Shown here one piece after another: positions 48,371 through 58,384 of a stretch of DNA of 64,000 bases. Below the pieces are notes generated by a model. It made no database searches. It was not told the DNA's origin and worked only from the letters and a program-made list of their open reading frames with translations. Source of the DNA: an uncultured Verrucomicrobiota bacterium (GTDB taxonomy: Bacteria; Verrucomicrobiota; Kiritimatiellia; JAAZAB01); assembly GCA_964491945.1 (NCBI GenBank), contig CAZBHO010000008.1:471-64470 (forward strand). Reading direction: 5' to 3'. How positions within the stretch are numbered: the first letter of the stretch is position 1; the number at the start of each line of letters is the position of its first letter. The position numbers were made by a program, and so were the translations under genes.

Positions 48371-49708
48371 TTAACGTTTAAAAAGCCTTGCAAATATGTT
48401 GCCACTGCCACCTATCTCGGCATTATTTAGCAGCCACTCCATCGTCTTCTCATATAATATGTGCATCTTTACACTCATAAATAAATCTCTTTTTCTTAAA
48501 TTTTCCTTATATTCATCAGGATTACGCCCTGCTGATAATGCTTGCTGCTCTATGTATGCATTAACCTCATCATCAGATACTTCAATATTTTCAGCTTTTG
48601 CTATGTCATAGATGATAAAATCCAATTTCACTCTCCTGGCAGCAGTATCCATCATTTGTTCTTTGTTGTTTTTAATGAACTCTTCTTTGTCAAAATCGTG
48701 TATGCCTGACATAAGAGCTCTTAATTTTATGGAGCTGGCCATTCGTTCGACTTCATCTACGATAAGAGAAGGAGGAATTTCCAAATCTGTTTTTTCTAAA
48801 AGATAATTTGATAATTCTTCGCGTAAAGCTTCCTTCTTTTTCTGGGCAGCAGCTTTTTCTAGAGCCGTTTTTATGCGGGCTTTTAGTTCATCTACTGTTT
48901 TAAATCCTTCGGGGTTTTTGCTCAAAAATTCATCCAGTTCTATAGGCTTCCATGTTAGTAAGGATTTTATTTTTACTTTATAAATCACCCTTTTGCCAGC
49001 AATAGATTTTACAGCGAAATTTTTCGGAAAATTTATCTCCACATCGCGCTCTTCATTAATGCCCATCCCTATTAGATGATCTTCAAAATTAAGATAAGGT
49101 TTAATCTTATTGGTTTCAACATCTCTGCCTATTGCTATAAAAGAATTTTTTAACGACGGATCCAATGCTTCTACTGGCTTGCCATCTATTGTTCCATCAT
49201 AATCGATAATAGCTGAGTCGCCATCTTCCATTTTTTGATGCTCACTTGGCTTTAATCCACCATATTCCATTAGTATTTCTTGTAAACGCTTTTCAACTGT
49301 TTCATCGGTTATAGTGGTTTCTTCGGGTTTCTTGAGTGGAATACCTTTATATTTTGGCAACTTAAGAGGAGGAACAACTTCAAGTGTCATTTCATATTCA
49401 AATGATTTGCCACGTTCAGGAATACCTTCTATATTAAGAAGCGCTATGGGTTTGATATTAGCTTCTTTTATTGCTTGTGCGTATGTCTCTTCAACAATAT
49501 GTTGTTTAACCTCTTCTTTTATATCCTTATTAAAGTGGTTATAAATAAGTTCTTTTGGAACAGATCCTCTTCTAAAGCCATCTAATTTTGCATTTTTTTG
49601 ATACAAATCTATAACTTTATTAAACACTTCATCCACTTTTTCTGATGGCATTTCAACCGATATTTTTTTACAACATGGAGATATTTCTTCAACTTTAACT
49701 GCATTCAT
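48371..49708 (-). CDS. tig: Trigger factor
   Basis: 445 aa with the N-terminal ribosome-binding 'GFRRGSVPKELI' motif and a PPIase/C-domain layout. Lies upstream of clpP. Confidence 0.85.
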   Translation of the reverse strand: MNAVKVEEISPCCKKISVEMPSEKVDEVFNKVIDLYQKNAKLDGFRRGSVPKELIYNHFNKDIKEEVKQHIVEETYAQAIKEANIKPIALLNIEGIPERGKSFEYEMTLEVVPPLKLPKYKGIPLKKPEETTITDETVEKRLQEILMEYGGLKPSEHQKMEDGDSAIIDYDGTIDGKPVEALDPSLKNSFIAIGRDVETNKIKPYLNFEDHLIGMGINEERDVEINFPKNFAVKSIAGKRVIYKVKIKSLLTWKPIELDEFLSKNPEGFKTVDELKARIKTALEKAAAQKKKEALREELSNYLLEKTDLEIPPSLIVDEVERMASSIKLRALMSGIHDFDKEEFIKNNKEQMMDTAARRVKLDFIIYDIAKAENIEVSDDEVNAYIEQQALSAGRNPDEYKENLRKRDLFMSVKMHILYEKTMEWLLNNAEIGGSGNIFARLFKR

Positions 49709-49820
49709 AAAAACACCATTATAAAAATTATAAAAAAATCTGCTGTTTTATTTGTTTGATAGAAAACCTACATTAAAGCAACAAAAGAGCCAACATTCAA
49801 TAGAAAAATGGAGGCTTATA

Positions 49821-51383
49821 CTACTCTTGCAAACTCATAAGAAACTCTGCATTGCTCTTTGTTTTTTTGAGTTTGCCTATAACCAGTTCCATTGCTTCCA
49901 CAGGTGGAACGCCATTCAGTGCTTTTCTCAATATCCATATTTTATTTAGCTCATCTGGATGCAAAAGCAGCTCTTCTTTACGTGTTCCAGATTTTTCTAT
50001 ATTGATTGCAGGAAAGATCCTTTTATCGACCAGATGTCTATCGAGACAAAGCTCCATATTGCCTGTGCCTTTAAACTCTTCAAATATAACTTCATCCATA
50101 CGACTGCCTGTATCAATCAACGCTGTTGCTATAATTGTAAGGCTACCTCCATTTTCGGTGTTTCTGGCAGCTCCAAAGAACCGTTTTGGCTTATGCAACG
50201 CGTTTGCATCAACACCACCTGAAAGTATTTTTCCGCTGTGTGGCTCAAGGGTGTTGTAAGCTCGTGCTAATCTCGTGATACTATCAAGCAGGATAACAAC
50301 GTCTTTTCCGCATTCCACCATTCTTTTTGACATTTCTATGACCATCTCAGCAACCTGCGTGTGACGTTCCGGTGGCTCATCGAAAGTGGAAGAAAGAACA
50401 TGCGCTTTCGTATTGCGTTCCATATCTGTAACTTCTTCTGGGCGTTCATCTATCAGTAGCACTATAAGATATACATCAGGATGATTTGCAGAGATGCTGT
50501 TCGCTATTTTTTGGAGCAGGACTGTTTTGCCCGTGCGTGGTGGAGCAACTATCAGCCCGCGCTGCCCCATACCGATAGGAGTAAAAATATCCATCACTCG
50601 CATAGATATTTCCGAGCTTTCTCTTTCAAGAATGAAGCGTCTGTTGGGAAATAGGGGAGTAAGATTTTCAAAGGGAATCTTGTGATCTGAGGTTGATGGG
50701 TCCCTGCCATTTATTTTATCTACACGCAACATAGCAAAGAATCTTTCTTTATCCTTTGGTGCGCGGATTTCGCCTTCTATCTGGTCTCCTGTGCGCAAGG
50801 CAAAACGTCTTATCTGCGAAGGAGAAATGTATATATCTTCAGGACACGGTAAATAGTTGTAATAGGGTGAGCGTAAAAATCCAAATCCATCTGGCAGTAT
50901 TTCTAAAACACCCTTACCGGACATTGTTCCATTTTGCCTTGCATTTGCTTTAAGTATTTCAAAAATAAGTTCATGCCTGCGAAGTGCACCCACATCTGTT
51001 ATTCCGAAACTTTCTGCAACTTTGCATAACATTGGCACACTCATTTTTTGTAGGTCAGATAGAAGAAGATGTCTGCCTCTATTTTGATTAGGTGTGGTAG
51101 CAGATGTAACTGTGGGAGAGTCAGTTGATGTCTGATTTGAATTTTCTGTTTGTAAAGGTGGCGCTTCTTTTCCTTCAGTGTTTGCAACCACGTTTCCATT
51201 TCCAAAATTTTTTATGTTTTCAGTTTCTTCGTGGGGCACACGACAAACAGGTGGTTGTGAATCGTTTGCATTGTATATTTTCGAATTACTGGTTCTCTCT
51301 TTTGTGTTTGAATTTTTGTGTTGCACACCACGACTTGTTCGCCGTGTTCTTGATGATGTGTTGTTTTGATTCTTTTCTTCCAT
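49821..51383 (-). CDS. rho: Transcription termination factor Rho with a ~100-aa N-terminal low-complexity extension
   Basis: 520 aa with Walker A '[25 protein letters not shown]', an RNA-binding domain and a hexamer C-terminal domain. The N-terminal 1-105 is Asn/Ser/Thr/Arg-rich. Confidence 0.9.
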   Translation of the reverse strand: MEEKNQNNTSSRTRRTSRGVQHKNSNTKERTSNSKIYNANDSQPPVCRVPHEETENIKNFGNGNVVANTEGKEAPPLQTENSNQTSTDSPTVTSATTPNQNRGRHLLLSDLQKMSVPMLCKVAESFGITDVGALRRHELIFEILKANARQNGTMSGKGVLEILPDGFGFLRSPYYNYLPCPEDIYISPSQIRRFALRTGDQIEGEIRAPKDKERFFAMLRVDKINGRDPSTSDHKIPFENLTPLFPNRRFILERESSEISMRVMDIFTPIGMGQRGLIVAPPRTGKTVLLQKIANSISANHPDVYLIVLLIDERPEEVTDMERNTKAHVLSSTFDEPPERHTQVAEMVIEMSKRMVECGKDVVILLDSITRLARAYNTLEPHSGKILSGGVDANALHKPKRFFGAARNTENGGSLTIIATALIDTGSRMDEVIFEEFKGTGNMELCLDRHLVDKRIFPAINIEKSGTRKEELLLHPDELNKIWILRKALNGVPPVEAMELVIGKLKKTKSNAEFLMSLQE

Positions 51384-51402
51384 TATTTGTTTTTCTCCAT
51401 CT

Positions 51403-52038
51403 TTAACTTGTTTTTTTTATATGGTTTAATAGGTTTGCTACTTGCTGCTTTAAAAAATTCTTATCGCCAGAGTTGATTAATACATAATCGGATAGTTTCA
51501 TTTTTTCATCTATAGGAAGCTGAGCATTGATTCTTAAAAGAGCATCTTGCCTCGTTAGGTTCCGATATTTTATTAGCCTTTCAATTTGTATATCCACAGG
51601 AGCTGCAACGCATATTATAGAATCCCAGCCTGTGGTGTACTTTTTCTCGAACACAAGAGGGATAATTGCCATCGCAAGAGCTGTTCCTTTAGCAGATTTT
51701 TTTTGTAAAGCAATATCCTTTTTCCATTGATCAATTATTTCCATAACAGGTGGATGCAATATCTCTTCAAGTTTCATCCTTGCGCTGTAGTCTTTAAACA
51801 CTATTTTGCCAAGCTTTTTTCTATCAATACCATGCCTATTGGCTGCCACAGTTCTTCCAAAAGTCTCTATGATTTTATTTGTTATTTTTTCATCAGATTT
51901 AAGCAAGTGATGAACTATTTCGTCAGCCTCAATAAGGCAAATATCAGGATATAGGTCCTTAAAGTAAGTAGCTGCTAGGCTCTTGCCACATGCTATTCCC
52001 CCTGTTAGACATATATACTTTAAGCATCTTTTATTCAT
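51403..52038 (-). CDS. coaE: Dephospho-CoA kinase
   Basis: 211 aa with a P-loop '[11 protein letters not shown]'. Confidence 0.8.
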   Translation of the reverse strand: MNKRCLKYICLTGGIACGKSLAATYFKDLYPDICLIEADEIVHHLLKSDEKITNKIIETFGRTVAANRHGIDRKKLGKIVFKDYSARMKLEEILHPPVMEIIDQWKKDIALQKKSAKGTALAMAIIPLVFEKKYTTGWDSIICVAAPVDIQIERLIKYRNLTRQDALLRINAQLPIDEKMKLSDYVLINSGDKNFLKQQVANLLNHIKKTS

Positions 52039-54043
52039 TTTTTTGAGAGGTATCGTTCCTGGTATTTATTTTAAAAATAGCCTCGTGTGGGCTAGTGCCC
52101 TTTGGATCATACATTAAAGCCTCTTCTGCCTTAATCAGAGCTTCGTTAGTCTTCCCTAATTGCAAAAGGCGAGTGCTCTCTCTGGCAAGTTCTATAGCTC
52201 TTGCCTCCTCAAATGGTGTTATTACTCTAAAAACACGATACTTGGAGTTTTCCCATAACTTTATAAAATATCGGCTTTTATCCGGAGAAAACTCAAATAT
52301 CCTTGCTGGCGCAGAAGGCGATGGATTAAGCGCATTTATAAAATATCGCATCTGCAATTCTTCAAAATATGGATAAAATTCTCCCATAGAATACACAAGT
52401 AAAGAAACTCTATTGCTTGCACACCATCTTCTTAAGGCATCCTCATCATATAAAAACAATGCCTTGCCATATTCTTCAATTCGTTTGCGATTCCGCACAC
52501 TTTCATATTTTGGGTGTAATACAATTGGGCATCCACCATAAGCAAGCAGATATGCGCTCAATCCAAAATTGGCGAGTACTGGCTCGCCTCCTAAATTTTT
52601 TGTAATCCACTCTATTAGTTCCTTACGCTGTGTAAGATATGATATTTTATGTCCCCATTGTGAAGGGTTGGATATTGAGTTTGTCCCTTCAAGTACCACA
52701 CAAACAATGAGACAGGTTATTATAACCGTTCTTTTTAGTAAATTTTTCTCGGATAGTGCATCTTTAAACAGCCATCCGCATAATCCTGCACAGCATATAG
52801 CAAGAAAAACAAGAAAACGTTTAAATAAGAAAAAAGTTATTAAAGAAACAACGAAAAAAACAACTAACGTTATCCCTTCCTTCGCAACAAAGTGTTTTGC
52901 TCTTCTTACAAGTAGTATGGCTGCAAAGAAAGATGGGAAAAGTATTGCAGGAAATAAATAGAATGTCAACTCTAAATTTACAGAATCCAGTGCAGGAGTC
53001 CATAATATCCTCTGATTGAAGGTAAGGAGAGCAGGATCAGCAGGTTTTTTATTCAAAAATTTTAATTTTGCTAATAGTAATTCTGTGAAATGCCCATAGT
53101 TCTGCCAATAAGATGAGGCAAAAATAATTGATGTAAAGAATGGAATTAATGCCACAGTAACCTTGATGAGGATGTTTCTTATATTTTGTGTTTGTAAAAC
53201 TGGTATCTTGTTTAGGAGCAGAGCAATCAGCCCTGCATAACCGAGCAACATAGATGGCGAAAGAAGAAAAGAATGTGTTGCAAGATATGGATTTATTAAG
53301 CCAGCCAATATCAAAGCCAATAATGAAAAAGAAAAAACGCTAGTTTCTGCTTTCGTTAATCTGCACAGCACTGCCTTTATAAGCGATATCCCGTTAAAGA
53401 GCATTAAAGGATATTGTATTAAATCCCACGTTGTCATAGCAATTGCCAATGATATTGCGGCAAAAGCACTTGCTGTTAATAGGACTGACTGCTTTTGCGT
53501 ATTGAGTGCCACTGAATTTATCGCCATGTATAAAATAAGCAGGGGCAAGGCAAAGTTTTCGTGAGATAGCTCCTGCCCTGTAGAGCGCATAACGGAAGCT
53601 ATTCCTATTGCATAATAGAGCGTTCCCAAGAAGGATGCCATAATTGAGCCCGTAAAACTTTTTATCCATATTGCCATAAACACAATACCAAGAGAGAACC
53701 ATCCTATTGAGAGCAATCTTACTCTATCTTCAAGCGGAATAGATTTTGGCATCATTTTTGCAAGAAATGCATATACATATTCGGCACCTATTTCTAAATT
53801 TTTATGTGGATTGACTCCATATGGCCATTCTATTGCCTTGTCAAGTTCAGGTAGCCTTCCCGCTGAATAGAGCATTTCCACATAACGATACTCAATGGCA
53901 CTCTCGAGATCAAATGGTAAAGGATATCCAAAAACCTTGTATTGAGTAGCAAGCACGTAATATCTTACTAGAAATCCTGTTGCAAAAAGCAAAACGCAAA
54001 TCAGAGTAAAAATGAACACGCTTTTATTTTTTAATAACATCAA
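52031..54043 (-). CDS. Polytopic membrane protein with a C-terminal TPR; GT-C-like (PMT/ArnT/DUF2723-type) glycosyltransferase candidate
   Basis: 670 aa with at least 10 predicted TM helices and a periplasmic-loop 'FDLESAIEY' acidic motif. The C-terminal ~100 aa is TPR-like (LGKTNEALIKAEEALMYDP). Confidence 0.4.
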   Translation of the reverse strand: MMLLKNKSVFIFTLICVLLFATGFLVRYYVLATQYKVFGYPLPFDLESAIEYRYVEMLYSAGRLPELDKAIEWPYGVNPHKNLEIGAEYVYAFLAKMMPKSIPLEDRVRLLSIGWFSLGIVFMAIWIKSFTGSIMASFLGTLYYAIGIASVMRSTGQELSHENFALPLLILYMAINSVALNTQKQSVLLTASAFAAISLAIAMTTWDLIQYPLMLFNGISLIKAVLCRLTKAETSVFSFSLLALILAGLINPYLATHSFLLSPSMLLGYAGLIALLLNKIPVLQTQNIRNILIKVTVALIPFFTSIIFASSYWQNYGHFTELLLAKLKFLNKKPADPALLTFNQRILWTPALDSVNLELTFYLFPAILFPSFFAAILLVRRAKHFVAKEGITLVVFFVVSLITFFLFKRFLVFLAICCAGLCGWLFKDALSEKNLLKRTVIITCLIVCVVLEGTNSISNPSQWGHKISYLTQRKELIEWITKNLGGEPVLANFGLSAYLLAYGGCPIVLHPKYESVRNRKRIEEYGKALFLYDEDALRRWCASNRVSLLVYSMGEFYPYFEELQMRYFINALNPSPSAPARIFEFSPDKSRYFIKLWENSKYRVFRVITPFEEARAIELARESTRLLQLGKTNEALIKAEEALMYDPKGTSPHEAIFKINTRNDTSQKNE

Positions 54044-54067
54044 AAAGAGGGATACCTTTAAGCTTTT

Positions 54068-54937
54068 TCAAAATAATTCCATTTTTGTCAACTCTTTTGA
54101 CAGGGAGTGAAATTCTAATTCTTCGTATAGTTTTAATAGTCCTTTTTTATCAGGAGCTTTCATTGCGATTTCTCTCTGGTCAATCTGAATATCTAAAGCA
54201 GTATTTAATTCCATCATTTGCTGATTACGCTGTAAAATTGCCAGATTATTTTGAAGAGCAAGTCTTGCCTTTTCAGGCTTTAATAGATGTGCATTAGCTA
54301 TTATTTTTTCCAGCGAGCCATATTCATTTAGCCACTTTGCAGCAGTTTTTTTTCCGTCTCCAGGTAGTCCTTTTATGTTATCAGAATTATCACCAACAAT
54401 GGCTAAAAAATCAACTATTTGTTCTGGATATACACTCATTTTATTGAAAACTTCGGCTCGTCCCATCTTGACTTCTATGTGAGATGGTTGAAGGATAAAA
54501 ATTTTTTCATTTACAAGTTGCATTAAATCTTTATCAGATGTCAAAATTAAAATTTCATCAAAGTCTTTTGATAATTTGACTGCAAGCGTTGCTATAACGT
54601 CATCTGCTTCCGAATGTTCCAGGCGTTTGAAAGCAATTCCAGAGAGAGCGAGAAATTGTTCAATAAACGGGAATTGCATTTTTAACTTTTCGGGCATAGG
54701 TGGGCGCTGTGCTTTATAAGTTTCAAGCAAGGCTTTTCTTTCTGGAGGAATTCCGCCATCAAAGACAACGATAATCCCTTTTGGAGCGAACTTGTTGATC
54801 ACGCTATTTATCGTTTTAATAAAGCCAAATACGGCGTTCGTCGGTGTGCCATTTTTAGTGCTTAAAGATGGTATCGCAAAAAAAGAACGATAGGCAATGC
54901 CCATAGCATCAATAAGTAAAAAAGGATTTTTGTCCAT
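54068..54937 (-). CDS. 5'-3' exonuclease / FLAP-endonuclease family (Pol I N-terminal domain-like)
   Basis: 289 aa with 'LLIDAMGIAYRSFFA', 'VVFDGG...ETYKAQRPPMP' and an H3TH region. Confidence 0.75.
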   Translation of the reverse strand: MDKNPFLLIDAMGIAYRSFFAIPSLSTKNGTPTNAVFGFIKTINSVINKFAPKGIIVVFDGGIPPERKALLETYKAQRPPMPEKLKMQFPFIEQFLALSGIAFKRLEHSEADDVIATLAVKLSKDFDEILILTSDKDLMQLVNEKIFILQPSHIEVKMGRAEVFNKMSVYPEQIVDFLAIVGDNSDNIKGLPGDGKKTAAKWLNEYGSLEKIIANAHLLKPEKARLALQNNLAILQRNQQMMELNTALDIQIDQREIAMKAPDKKGLLKLYEELEFHSLSKELTKMELF

Positions 54938-54992
54938 ACCTGTAAAGACTATTGGGGTTAATTATAACAAAACATTAGAAAATATGATCAAA

Positions 54993-57900
54993 TTAACTTC
55001 CAGTATTTACCGCGGCAGATTCACCTGCTGTTACTTCAGGTTGCTCAATTTTGTTTCCTGCAGGATCAACCAACCTTGCTGTTACGAAAATCAATAAATT
55101 TTTCTTTATACTTTGTGTCGTCTTGCTTCTAAAGAGATAACCTACCAGAGGAATATCTCCTAGTATGGGGATCTTATCTTCTGTGGTTTGTTGATCTTCT
55201 TTTATTAAGCCGCCCATAACTACGGTTTGGCCATCGTAGACCTGTATCTTTGTGGTAATTTGTCGTGTATGGAATATTGGTTGACGCATTGTAATGTGTT
55301 GTGGCATCGAGCCACCTTCTGTTGGAACATCATAACCATAATCTATCCACTCAGCCAATTCTACCACCTGAGGGTTTAATTCAAGATCAATTGTATAAAA
55401 ATCGCTTCCCACAGTGGGCATACAGGAAAGGACAACACCGGTATCTCTTGTCTGGAACCCACCGGGGGTAATAACAACTCTGGTAAGTTGCTGGTTTCCT
55501 GTTGAGCCTCCGCTGGAAGTAGTTGTGCCAACCGATTGGACGTTTTGTTCAAATTCTGTAGGATAAATTAGTTCATGTACCACTTTAATTTCGGCATTTT
55601 GTCCGTTACGTGTTGTAACTTTTGGGGCAGAAAGTAAGTTGTTCCCAGTCTTTTGTTGCAGGGCATGGAGGATTACGGAGAGTTCTGGATTTGTAAGAAT
55701 GGATGAGATAGAGAATATTCCAGCCATACCGCCGCCCGGAGTGGCAACTATGCCTCCAGAAGATTTATCTAAATTGCGTAATCCTTTTGTAAAGGTATTC
55801 TTGTTTACTTGAATTCTTTCTCTTCCTGCTGGGAGAGGACTTGAACTCTTATTTTCAGCAATTTCCCAGTTATCAGTGAGCAGCCACTCAAGTCCTAATT
55901 CTTCAAGATCGGTCTGGTTAATCTCTACAAATCGTGCTTCTATTTCTACCTGAAGGGGTGGTTTATCTATGAGCCTCAAAATCCTATCAAAATCATCTAT
56001 ATTTTCTACTGTATTTTTAACAATCAGTAAGCCCAGGGCTGCGTTGTAAGTAATGGAACTTCCTACAGGGAATTGCACACCTGCATTAATAAAGAAGTTT
56101 TTAATTCCTAAGTGTTCAGGTGCACCACCTGCGGCGGGCTGAGCTCCACCAAGCGGCATTGTTTCTAATCCTGTTCCTCCACCAGCAGATTCGGCTGCGC
56201 CAGCACCTGCAAGGATGCTATCTATGACGCTTTTCTGTACACGTCGTGATACAGTTATCATATCACCATAAGGCATATTGGCAGGATATATCACAACACG
56301 ATTTTCGGTGATTCTATATTTCATACCTGTTACATCGCTGATATGCTCTATGATTTCCATCAGAGTCATAGGCCTTATTGCCTGAAGAGTAACTGTTGGA
56401 GGTTGATAAGCAGCCGTTAATGCTTCTACTCCACCTTCTGCAGGTTGTGTCTGTGTGGAGGAAGGCAATTTTAAGATGATGTTTACACCTTGTTTCTCTG
56501 GGTCCCTGATTTTGCTTTCTTCCATTAAGAAGCGAACAACATCCTGTAATCTTGCGTTATCCCAGTTTATATCAGTTATTTCTATCTGTTTTAGCTTATC
56601 CATTAATTGCCGCCTTTTAAGTTCGCTTTCGGTGCCTTTAACCTCTGTTGTGCCAGTTACAGCCATAGATTTTGCCTTTTTAGAGGGTTTAACAGGGGGT
56701 GTCCAGGTATCTCGTACCTGCGCCATTACTTCTTCTTTAAAGCGATTAAATTGATCTGTCTCTTGCTGATATTGTTCTTCTGCTATTTTCTTTAAATTTG
56801 CTGCGGCTTCAGTGTTTTTTGGATCCATAGCCAAAACTTCTTTAAAGTATTCTGATGCCTTATCCCACTCCTTAAGAATCATCCATTGCCTACCCTTATC
56901 CATTGTTTGACGAATTTTTGCTTTATAGGATGCATATTCGGGTTCTTCTCGCAGCGATTTTACAGGCGGTGGAGCAGCTTTAGCTTTTTTAAGATCTCTG
57001 TCAATTTGTTCTTTTAATCTCACTGCTTTTTGGTTCATGCTATTATGTATAAGCGATTGTTCAATCCATTTCCTTGCTTCTTCAAGATTTTCAGGAGTTG
57101 CACCTCTTTTTGCAAGGTCTAATGCTATTCTATATTCACATTCAGATCTGGCGATATTTGCCTGCTCTCTTACTTCTACTGTTCGTGGACGGCGTGGCAT
57201 AAGTTCCAGAGCTTTATTATACAAAGATACGGCTTCTTGGAACTCGTTCTTTAGCATTGCCTCTTGCGCTTGATTAATAAGTTTGAGTCCTTCCACTTCT
57301 TTCGCTTGCAAACGAATTTCTTCCTGCATTGCAAGCCGCTCTTCTTCCGTCGGTTCTCTCGGTGGTTCTTTAGGTTTTTCTACAACTGGTGCTGGTTTGG
57401 CTTCTGCAACAAGCGAGGTGCTTGCAGAAGGAGTTTCCTGAGCAGGTTTTATTTGGCTTGTGTCCTCTTGCTTTGATGGCTGATCTATTTCTTTAACTTC
57501 TTTTGCTTTTCTAGAAAACAAGCGTTGAAAGAAAGAAGGCTTTTCTTTACGAGCTTTGGTTTCTTCTTCTTTTGTTGTAGGTTCTATTTTTTCTATTTTT
57601 TTCTTTTCTTTAGGATGAGCTGTTGGTTCTACATCAGCTTTGATTGTTCGCTCAAGCTCAAAAGTTTCTTTTGATGCGGGGGGCGTTTCGATTGCGGCGG
57701 AAGAGGGAGGGGGTTCTTGGATGTCCCCATTCCTTTTTTCTCCTATAGTTTCTAGAGTTTTATTTTCTGCTTCTTTTGTTTCTTCCTTAATTTCTTTTTT
57801 CTCTTCGTTTATTTCTCTTTTCTTTTCTTCTGCTATCGCGATTGCCTTTTCTTCATCTTTTGCTGGTTCTGTGGCAATCATTTTTTCTTCTGCTGCTTTT

Positions 57901-58343
57901 GTTCCTTCTTCTTTTGCAGTGGCTGGCTGCTCACCTGCAGTTTCGGTGGTAAGGGATGAAACCTCCTCTGTTTTTTGTTCCTGCTTTTCTTTATTTTCTT
58001 CTGGTGTATCTTGGGTTGTTGTAGGTGTGGTGGTAACTTCAGTTGTTGCTGCTGCGTCTTTTGCTGTTTTTTCTGTCTCTATTGAAGATGCAGCCTTTTC
58101 TTGAGCAGATGTTGCTGGTTGAATTGGTTCTGATGGTTGTGCTTCATTTGGATGATTGGTTTCTATAGGCGCTGTGATTTCTGGAGGTTGTGTGGGTACA
58201 TCCTCCTTACCAGCTGTGGCATCTGTGATATTTTGGTCAGTGGTTGCTTCTTCTTGAGCAACTATTGCAAACACCCATAAAATACCAATTGCCACAAATA
58301 GAACAAATAACCCTCTTCTTGTTTTCTCCCTGTCACCTATCAT
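54993..58343 (-). CDS. pilQ: Type IV pilus/T2SS-type secretin (PilQ-like) with a long charged low-complexity N-terminal region and TPR-like repeats
   Basis: 1116 aa. An N-terminal TM/signal, about 300 aa that is E/K/T/P-rich, TPR-like helices (LYNKALELMP...), then N-domains and a C-terminal secretin domain (VVMGGLIKEDQQTTEDKIPILGDIPLVGYLFRSKTT...LLIFVTARLV). Confidence 0.8.
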   Translation of the reverse strand: MIGDREKTRRGLFVLFVAIGILWVFAIVAQEEATTDQNITDATAGKEDVPTQPPEITAPIETNHPNEAQPSEPIQPATSAQEKAASSIETEKTAKDAAATTEVTTTPTTTQDTPEENKEKQEQKTEEVSSLTTETAGEQPATAKEEGTKAAEEKMIATEPAKDEEKAIAIAEEKKREINEEKKEIKEETKEAENKTLETIGEKRNGDIQEPPPSSAAIETPPASKETFELERTIKADVEPTAHPKEKKKIEKIEPTTKEEETKARKEKPSFFQRLFSRKAKEVKEIDQPSKQEDTSQIKPAQETPSASTSLVAEAKPAPVVEKPKEPPREPTEEERLAMQEEIRLQAKEVEGLKLINQAQEAMLKNEFQEAVSLYNKALELMPRRPRTVEVREQANIARSECEYRIALDLAKRGATPENLEEARKWIEQSLIHNSMNQKAVRLKEQIDRDLKKAKAAPPPVKSLREEPEYASYKAKIRQTMDKGRQWMILKEWDKASEYFKEVLAMDPKNTEAAANLKKIAEEQYQQETDQFNRFKEEVMAQVRDTWTPPVKPSKKAKSMAVTGTTEVKGTESELKRRQLMDKLKQIEITDINWDNARLQDVVRFLMEESKIRDPEKQGVNIILKLPSSTQTQPAEGGVEALTAAYQPPTVTLQAIRPMTLMEIIEHISDVTGMKYRITENRVVIYPANMPYGDMITVSRRVQKSVIDSILAGAGAAESAGGGTGLETMPLGGAQPAAGGAPEHLGIKNFFINAGVQFPVGSSITYNAALGLLIVKNTVENIDDFDRILRLIDKPPLQVEIEARFVEINQTDLEELGLEWLLTDNWEIAENKSSSPLPAGRERIQVNKNTFTKGLRNLDKSSGGIVATPGGGMAGIFSISSILTNPELSVILHALQQKTGNNLLSAPKVTTRNGQNAEIKVVHELIYPTEFEQNVQSVGTTTSSGGSTGNQQLTRVVITPGGFQTRDTGVVLSCMPTVGSDFYTIDLELNPQVVELAEWIDYGYDVPTEGGSMPQHITMRQPIFHTRQITTKIQVYDGQTVVMGGLIKEDQQTTEDKIPILGDIPLVGYLFRSKTTQSIKKNLLIFVTARLVDPAGNKIEQPEVTAGESAAVNTGS

Positions 58344-58384
58344 AGATTGCTTGTTCTACCTTTGAGTGTTTATTTTTTGCTATT

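Noticed and set aside
49709-49820. 112-bp gap between rho and tig searched for a tRNA or sRNA
   Set aside because: No cloverleaf-compatible stems or conserved tRNA boxes were seen. It is most likely the tig promoter and rho 3' UTR.
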